Assembly: GCF_009914755.1 (NCBI RefSeq)
Contig: NC_060934.1
Direction: 5' to 3' (one strand)
Length of the DNA stretch: 64,000 nucleotides
Source of the DNA: the human T2T-CHM13v2.0 reference genome, Homo sapiens
The stretch's first letter is position 1. Every line of letters starts with the position of its first letter. The notes below the pieces were generated by a model that saw only the letters and a program-made list of their open reading frames with translations, was not told the origin of the DNA and did no database searches. Positions 52,740-64,000 of the stretch are shown in pieces. Position numbers and translations under genes: made by a program.

Positions 52740-53055
52740 TGGAGGTTGGTGATTATGGATCACTCAGGGAGCTGTGCTTAATGTGGCGCGTGGAGGTGGT
52801 TGGTTCACATGCATGGACTGAGTTGACACAGGGCCATCCTCCAGGGTGGAGGAAGGATGGCAAAGAGGAGCAGCAGGAAAGAAATGAGAAACCACCAGGA
52901 GCCTGGAAGAAGGACAGGTTTCCCCTAGAAGCATCAGAGGGAACCTGGCCCTGCCTATGGATTTTGCACTACTAGCTCCGAGAACTGAGACATTTCTGTT
53001 TTTTTAACCCCCCAGTTTATGGTCCATGTGATTTCAGGCCTAGGAAGCTAATACA
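52740..53055 (+). mobile_element. MLT1C/D-like LTR fragment
   Basis: CCACCAGGAGCCTGGAAGAAGG..TCCCCTAGAAGCATCAGAGGGAACCTGGCCCTGCC...GGAAGCTAATACA. Confidence 0.6.
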
Positions 53056-53269
53056 CTAAGACAAATCAATATACCTCTATTTTGAATTTGCATTCATTTC
53101 TTTCATGTATGCCCCTAATATTTCCACAATTATGATGATTTTTGTGTTTATCTTTCTATATTTTATATACCACTAGTGTCATTTTATGTTAATTTAATTT
53201 CCCTGGTCGTGAAGACATTATAAGTTTATAATGACTGCATAATAATATATATATATATATACATATATA

Positions 53270-53822
<553 letters not shown>

Positions 53823-54307
53823 CAATATTATTTTTATCATAGGTACTAATACATATTGATTTTTAGCTAATTCGAATTGCTTATTAATATCAATAAAAAT
53901 ATGCAGATCTTGTTATTGAAGCTCTATGGATCTGTGAGCTCAGGGGAGATGCCTCCGTGTGCAGTGGGAAGCCTCAGGTGCAACATGCCTGGCATCTCCT
54001 GCTCAAGATAGAGTGCAGGCAGGGAGCTTGCTGGGCATGTTTGCAGGAGGGAGACTAGACTGAGGCATGAGAAACAATCTGTCACCCACACCCACCAGTG
54101 CTTTCATGCCTGAGTCAGACCAGAGCTTTTCAGATGTTACTGTGCGCACCCATCATCTGAGATCCTGTAAAGTGTGAATTCTGATTCCGTGGGTCTGGAA
54201 TAGGACCTGACTTTGCATTTCTAAGGGGTCCTTTCCCCCAATTTTTCCCATACATATTTTAATATCCTCAAATTCATAAGAATGGTGGAAAACAAGAAGG
54301 AAAGCTA

Positions 54308-54818
<511 letters not shown>

Positions 54819-55787
54819 TCAATCTCCCCACTGGTGCCTCCTCCAGTCTTTGACAGAGTGTGGAACATCCTCACCCTCTCCCATTCCTTATCTCTGATTC
54901 ACAATTTCCCATCTTGATTCTCCAGTCTCTCTTTCCTACCGTCTCCTTCTCCCCTGTGACCTCCTCACTTAGTCAGCAAGTTCTCTATGTCCAAACAGCC
55001 ATGGGAAGTTTTTCAGATCTTGTAAGTTGTCACTTGCATCCCCTTCCTTTAGTGAATCTCTCTAACCCTTCACTTCAGAAAAAGCCCCAAGGCTTCTGAT
55101 TCTCCAGTACTTTCTCCTTCTACTCCCGGGGTTCTCCTCACTTGACAGAGAATTCAGTGGATCTATCAATCAGGTGAATTTGTCCTCCCCAGCACTCACC
55201 AGACTGCTTACTATGTGCTGATCTCCTGAGCAACCAAGTGGGGAGAGAGAAACCTGGCTTCATGAGTATCCTGGCAAGTGGATTCAGGGCTGAATCGCCC
55301 CTGCTTGTAGATAATGTATGCTTATTTCAGCTGCAATTTGTATATGAGATAACCCTTCCCTTAAGAACTCCCTATAAAGTGAGAATTGTGCACCCTGTTC
55401 CCACTGAGGAGGCCTACATAGAAAACTAAAGACTGAGACATCAGGCGGCTGCCCTGAGGGAGAACCTCACTGTGTCATTAGGCAGTGAGTGGGCAGGGGT
55501 CCTGGCCTAGGTGGAAGCAGGAGCCTCTGTGAAAACCACCCCTCCTCTAGTCACAGAGAGGATAGCCGGTGGGCCTGCCCTGAGGGGACCTCTGGGGCTC
55601 TCAGCTGGGGAAATGAGGAAACAGACTGATCCTGGCCTCCGCTCAGGACTCATTGGGCTAGCAGCTGAGTCCTCCCTGGGACCCTGCAGAGCCTCAAGCC
55701 AGGCTGAGCACAGGCCCACGCCTCCCAGAAATGACACCCAGCCACAGGGCTGCAGGAAAGACCCAGCGAGGCTTTGGTTGGCCAAAA

Positions 55788-55836
55788 ATTTGCATGAAGG
55801 GCTCCTGTTTCTCCACGGTCTGGAGGGTGGATAAGA
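55788..55836 (+). promoter_or_regulatory. Ig light-chain V promoter: octamer ATTTGCAT (55788-55795) and TATA-like GATAAGA (55830-55836)
   Basis: Motif orientation and spacing typical of V-lambda promoters, about 90 bp upstream of the leader. Confidence 0.8.
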
Positions 55837-55882
55837 GGCCTGCAGCATGGCTGCCTCGGCACAGCACTGGGGTATCTGGACA

Positions 55883-56311
55883 GTGGCATACACCCTACTC
55901 CTCCTCTTCATCCTCCTCCTTCATGGGACAGGCCAACATGGTCCTCGGCATCCTGATCCCTGGCTCACTCATGATGCAACTGTCCCCTCTTCTCCTTCCT
56001 CCAGGATGTAATGAGTTTGTTTTCAGGTTCCCTCTCCCAGCCAGGGAGTCTCAGCCAAGCTCACCTGCACACTGAGCAGTAAGCATAGGACCTACACCAC
56101 TGCATGGTAGCATGGACAGGGAAGCCCCTTGGTGTGTGATGTGGCTTAAGAGTGATGGAAACCATGGCAAGAGGGACGGGATCCCTGATCACTACTCAGG
56201 CTCCAGGTCTGAGGCTGACCACTCCTTAACCACCTCTAACATCCAGTCCCAGGACAAAGCTGACTGTATCTGTGGTGTATCTCACAGCACTGCAATGCCA
56301 TGTGAATGAAG
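55883..56311 (+). pseudogene. Immunoglobulin lambda variable (IGLV4-like) orphon pseudogene
   Basis: Leader (V)AYTLLLLFILLLHGT|G at 55883-55931. V-exon from 56027: GSLSQP..SAKLTCTLSSKHRTYTTAW*...MWLKSDGNHGKRDGIPDHYSGSRSEADHSLTTSNIQSQDKADCICG. Lesions: ATG>GTG, GT>GC donor, FR1 deletion, TAG at 56108. Confidence 0.9.
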
Positions 56312-56350
56312 CACAGTGACCCAGATGAATGGAGATGTGGGACAAAAACT
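56312..56350 (+). other. V(D)J recombination signal sequence, 23-bp spacer
   Basis: CACAGTG (56312-56318), exactly 23 nt, ACAAAAACT (56342-56350). Confidence 0.93.
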
Positions 56351-56739
56351 GTTTTCTCCACTACGAAGGCTGCCACACAGCTCTCAGAAAATGTCTGGTG
56401 TCATAAATTCTAGGAAATGTTGGCGGATTTTTTGTTGTTCCTGTTGTTTCCTTTTCAATTTTACAAGGAGTGACATAGATGCATTCTGATTCCTGCCAAG
56501 AGTTCCCTGGGAACCAGTTTGCTACACAGATCTTCAGTAATGCTGCAAATATTACAACAGATCTTGACACCCCTGCTGGTCATTGTCTCTGCACGGGGGA
56601 TGCAAGGCCATTCACTCTCCTCTTCAGATATAAACACTGGGACTCAGCTACATGCCACCCTCCTACCACATCATGGTTCATCCTAATGACCACCCTTTGA
56701 AGATAACACCTTTATCTTTTTTTGACAATTTTAAAAACA

Positions 56740-56888
56740 ATTTCTATTTTTATCTTAAGATTCAGGGGGTACATGTGCAGTTTTGTTATGTGGGTATACT
56801 GTGTGATGCTGAGGCTTGGGGAACGATTGATTCTGTTATTCATGTAGTGAGCATAGAGCGCAACAGGTAGTTTTTCAACCCTTGCCCT
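56740..56888 (-). mobile_element. L1PA16-like 3' tip
   Basis: TTAAGATTCAGGGGGTACATGTGCAGTTTTGTTATGTGGG... Confidence 0.7.
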
Positions 56889-57723
56889 ATGTATGTTTAA
56901 CCCAGAAAGTCCAAATTTGGTTTTCACATTTTGAAACTAATGTTTCATTCAATGTCCCCTTTTGCAACTGGTTTCTGAGTTGTTTGTGTGTAATGTTATG
57001 AATGGCATGAGATTCGGTTTTTGGTGTGGATCTCTGGATGAAGGCTATCACCCTTTCTAATCTGTGCAATGCCCTGTGCCCAGTTAATCATGGAGTGTGC
57101 ATCCAAAAAGTACAAACACAGAGTGACCACTGGGACTCAACACCTTCAACCTGGTATCAATAGAAGGTCTGTATCTGCATCACAGATGTGAATCCACAAC
57201 AAATCCTTCCCATGGCTTTGACCCATTTCTCTATACCAGGCTCTCTCCCAAGAGAATTTCAACAAAGAATTGTTTTGAACTCAAGTCAAAAAGATGCCCT
57301 TCAAGCATTGTTTAAGCAGAACTCCTACCCTGGCATACCAACCAGAGAGCAACTGGCCAAAGAAATCGGCAGTCTGGAGTCTAGGATACAGGTGGGCTTG
57401 TATTTCCATTTCATTTCCTTGGAGTCAAAGAAAAAAGACAAGCTGGACTAAGCAGTCTCCAATCATACCATGTTAAGAATGAACTGAAAACTAAGACCCC
57501 TATCTCTGCCTTTTACCAATCGTGGAAAATGTGGTCTGGTGTATTCACTGATGGAGGAAGGAAGTTAAATTGGGCCTTTCTCCTGGTAGGAGGAAATTAA
57601 ATCATATTTGCATGCTCTAGAGAATATAGGTAATATGGTCACCATGATCATGATAAGTTGTCATTGATACCTGGCACCAATATTATAGAATGCTCAGATA
57701 ATAGGTAATATTGAGGACGGTGA

Positions 57724-58119
<396 letters not shown>

Positions 58120-58171
58120 TGATCCCATTTTGGAATATTTTGAGTGGAAAAATGGATATAAAAATAAAAGT

Positions 58172-58463
58172 GTCTGGGAGCGGTGGCTCATGCCTGTAAT
58201 CCCAGCACTTTGGGAGGCTGAGGTGGGTGGATCATGAGGCCAGGAGTTCAAGACCAGCCTGGCCAAGATGGTGAGACCCCGTCTCTACTAAAAACACAAA
58301 AATTACCCAGGTATGGTAGTGGGACCCTGTGGCAGAGAATTGCTTGAACCCAGGAGGCAGAGGTTGCAGTGAGCTAAGATCGCGCCACTGCACTCCAGCC
58401 TGGGTAACAGAGCGAGACTGTCTCAATAAATAAATAAATAAATAAATAATAAAATAAAATAAA
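58172..58463 (+). mobile_element. Alu with an internal deletion
   Basis: Dimer lacking the AATCCCAGCTACTCGGGAGGCTGA segment. Confidence 0.85.
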
Positions 58464-58734
58464 ACCATTCTGTTTCTCCAGTTAAGAAATAGCTGGAAAG
58501 ATCACAATCACACCAGGAGAAGTGTATCCAGACTGTCAACAACTAAGTAAAAGGGACTCTGTTGAAGAAAAGCCTACGGTCAGGGTTTTATATCAAATGC
58601 TATAATCCTGAGTAAGCCCTGGGATACAGGGATCTGAGTTTCAGGCAGGCCAAGTGAAGACGTATTTCCTTTTCTTTATGCACCCAGTCCAGGTGTCAGA
58701 GTGCTACATCAAATCCAAGAATGAAAGTGTGGCC

Positions 58735-59021
<287 letters not shown>

Positions 59022-59364
59022 GTGTGTCCACGGGAAGACATGGAGATTGGCTGGAGCACTGGCAACCAGCCCACTGGAATTGATGGTGCCGAAGGAAAGC
59101 ACAAGAAACCATGTAGAATGAGGTTGGATCCGCCAGGGTGTTCACTAATGTATTTGTTGCCCCCACATTTCCAGCCATGTTTAAGACTTCTTTCCTGATC
59201 ATATTTGAAGTGACATATTGAGAGAATAGATGAAACAGTTTTACAAACTGCCTGGGACATAAGAGCAGGTCAACAGGTATTGCTTGTCTTTTAGGATAGA
59301 ATCCTTATTGTGAGTTATCAAGTCCCCACATGAAACACTAAGAAATGATTAAAAGCACATTCCT

Positions 59365-59716
<352 letters not shown>

Positions 59717-60766
59717 TTATGACAGTCACAGTCTATTCAGAGTTAGGTTTTTGGCTCATAGGAGTCTCCTTATCTAGTACTGTGTCTGGAATGAATGAAC
59801 TCTGGGGTATATACGAATGATTCCAGGCTCAGCAGTAAGTACTGGTAATTAGTGAGCTCCTCTTTAAGTGAATTTTGATCAGAGGTCCCTTCACATGGAT
59901 TGTGTGTTATGAAATGCCTTTGATTATGGGGAGATGACAGAGAGCCAAGGAAAGTCAGTCAGTCCTTGACCAAAGCCTTTGTGAGACCTAAAGAGTGAGA
60001 GGGAGGCAGAAAGAGCAAGTGAGCATGAGACAAAAACAACTGTAGGGTGGGGAAGAGGTGAAGGAAGAGTGGACACACACCCATCGGCCAGCTCTGGCTT
60101 TAGGATGCTAGCCAGTGTCTCCTAACCCAGGGACCTTTCCTTTGGAGACCACAGATGGGACAGAGAAGGAAGTGATTCTTGGTGTTGAGCTCAAATAGAT
60201 ACTTAAAATTATGTAGACTAAATCGGATAAAACTTGAATCTTCTTTTCCCACTTAGATTTGGTTTCAAAACCAGATAGGACACCTGAGGCTGAGCTGGCT
60301 GCAGTGTGGACGCTCCTCGGGAGGACAGCAGCTCCAAGGACACGAGAAGCCTCAGCCCTGGGCCCCAGGTGAGTCCCCAGCAGTGCCAGTGCACTTCCTC
60401 AGTGCATCTCTTTGAAGTAGAAACGTCTCTTTAGGCTGTTTCCAAATTTGTTGCAGAGAATGCTGATGTCTCTTCCACAGCACGCCAGTGTTGGAGATGT
60501 GACCACCATCCCCACCTCATGGGAAGGTAGTTTGGAAGAAGGGAAGGCCATTGATCTTCCAGTCCTGGTGTGGCAGGCAGTGCAGAGTCCTCTTCTTCCA
60601 GCACTGCAAGGGTTTAATCCAAGGTCCAGGATCAGTGCATGAACACCTCAGGGGCCTGGGAGGGAGTAAGCATGGTGAGAACAATATTTGAAAATGTCTG
60701 TCTTAGGGTTGATGTGAAGATGGCCTGAAAGCCCTCTTTTCTTGTGTTTTCCTACAGAATGCTTAA

Positions 60767-60907
<141 letters not shown>

Positions 60908-61612
60908 TAGGTAAGTTTTCTGTCTGTGGTGCACAATTTGTCCCATAAATTTGGAAGTGGTATTGCCCGCTGAGATGGTACTAGATAAATGGGAGCTGGT
61001 ATCTTCAAAGAAGTTGAGAGTTCTTTGTTATGAGGGTGCTGTCATGTGTCTTATTCATCTTATGTCATATGTGCCTTATGTCTTATGTGACCTTTATCTC
61101 CATCCCAGGCTTCTAGGCACTAGACACCAGTATAGACCTTGCCCCTCAACTAACCCCCAGGTGTGATAATCTAATAGTCTATGGTCTCCACTTTTGTGGG
61201 AAAATCTTGCCATTCTAGCAAATCAATGTGGCATCCATTCACGGGCCAGTGCAATACTTCCCTTAACTCGTCCATATTTTGCAGACTAAATGTACAGACA
61301 GAATCACCGAGATAAAGCCCAACAGATGTCACTTCTGCCTCACAGATGAGGGAATGAAGCTGGAACCTCTTACGTCTTCTGACATCCTTGTTTCCCTTTC
61401 TCTTAGATGTGGGCTCAGAACTGAAGAGCTCGGCCCCCAGGCCAGAGCAGAGGCAGCCCCGTGAATTCCCTGGCAGCCCCAGCCACAGAACTCACCCTAC
61501 TGCTCAGCTGCAGCACAGCAACCTGTGCATTGCGCAAGCAGCTCTGCGCACAGGCCTCCCTCCAACTCCCCCAGCAGCCATTGGTCATCTGTACCAGCCC
61601 TTCCTCCACTAA

Positions 61613-62371
<759 letters not shown>

Positions 62372-63657
62372 TGAACTCCTGACAACCTCAGAGTTTCAGA
62401 AATCACCATCATCAGTTAGGATTAGGACAGGAGAACCCTCCATGGCCTGCAGCCAGGAAGAGTTTCAGGCTCTGCTCGATGCCCTGCAGAGCTCACTAGG
62501 GCTTCGGGTTTAGGAGGGAGAAGGAGTCTTTCTCACCATCCCATCTGGCTCCTCCTCACGATGAAGTAGTAGTGTGACCCACAGGAGGATAAACAAGGGG
62601 AGACACCATGTCCTGGGACAAGACTAATGCAAGAGGAAACTGACCACTTGGAAACCCAAAAGGAGCATCTTTTCTCTGCCTTGTGGACACCACTTTAGTC
62701 TCTGGCCTCACTTCATGGCCTACGTGATTGTTTCTAAGCTCCACACTGTCCTGCAGGCACCACGGACACCAGGCAGTGGATACCTTTGCTGAATCCTAAG
62801 GAGCCAAAGTGTTTTTATAATGAACACGACCTCCTTCCTGTGATCGTCACATCCTGGGCAGTCTGGACAATGCACAAACTAGAACTGAACCAAGGTGAAA
62901 ATAGGTAAAAGAGACACATCCACACTTCACTACCTTTGATGAGTTCACAGGGTGAGCCTGAAGACAGGCTAATGCAGAGAAAATGGGGGTGCTATATTTC
63001 ATCTTGATGTCGGTTCACCACAAAGGGTTTGCATCTTAGTTCTTACTGGAGGAGATGGGAACTAGAAGTTATCTCACTATCTATCTACCAATGATTGATA
63101 ACACCAGCTTAGATGCATAATACTGATAATGAATAGTGTTCACATGTAATCCTCCCTTTAAACATGTAGACAGAGAACATGACAAGGAAATGCAAAACAG
63201 CAACTCCATGAAATCACTGAACAAAGCAGGATATTCATCTTCTGACACTGTTAGCATTATGTATATATTTACATGTACCTTGCTGCCCTTTTTGTTATAA
63301 ATAAATTTTTTGGCAAGTTTAAGCCTCTTGGTTGTCTTTGTCTGTGTCTCCTCTCTTCCATTCAAGTGGTACCCATGGATTACCAAGCTATGTCTGCTTC
63401 CATTGGTGCCTTAAAACTATCCTTAAAAAGGAAATGTGATTTATCAAGATGGCTGTCTTTCCCACAATTATTTCATTCATTTGTGCTGTCTCTTTCCATG
63501 TGAACCTGTGGGACCAGAGTCAGGATGCCTTGCTCTAGTTCATAGCTTGAATCTGCAGATGCCAGTCTGTTATTACTACACACAGACACAGATGCATTTT
63601 GCTTTACGGTTTCTCTAGGGTGTGCATACTCCAAACCCACTGTTTACTTCCAGATGA

Positions 63658-63981
<324 letters not shown>

Positions 63982-64000
63982 TTTTGTTTTTCAAAGAGAC

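Noticed and set aside
57125-57155. Candidate first coding exon of the DUX-like gene (others near 52126-52163 and 55001-55021)
   Set aside because: No convincing combination of ATG, phase and homology; cannot be assigned.

Overview
Primate (almost certainly human or great-ape) genomic DNA, about two-thirds interspersed repeats. From recalled homology it is probably the ZNF37BP-ZNF33B interval at 10q11.2. Left half (minus strand): the 5' part of a KRAB zinc-finger pseudogene of the ZNF37 type. It has a CpG-island promoter at ~29.7-30.8 kb, an 'MITSQ' start exon, a KRAB-A exon with an in-frame stop, and a KRAB-B exon with a duplicated acceptor. Its 26.8-kb intron holds nested L1s, including two full-length, sense-oriented copies (L1PA3-like and L1PA6-8-like). 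Right half: a fossil hAT-Blackjack transposase whose 3' end lies in the promoter, a full-length FXYD6 retrocopy with an intact 95-aa ORF, a 5'-truncated EIF3L retrocopy, LTR/MaLR elements and many Alus. The most notable items are (i) an Ig lambda V (IGLV4-like) orphon with an intact octamer and a near-canonical 23-RSS and (ii) 0.9 kb downstream on the same strand, an intron-containing double-homeobox pseudogene that keeps a DUX4/DUXC/DUXBL-type C-terminal activation motif. No intact novel multi-gene system is demonstrable. Repeat subfamily calls and gene names come from recalled consensus or protein sequences, not from searches. Repeat boundaries are approximate.
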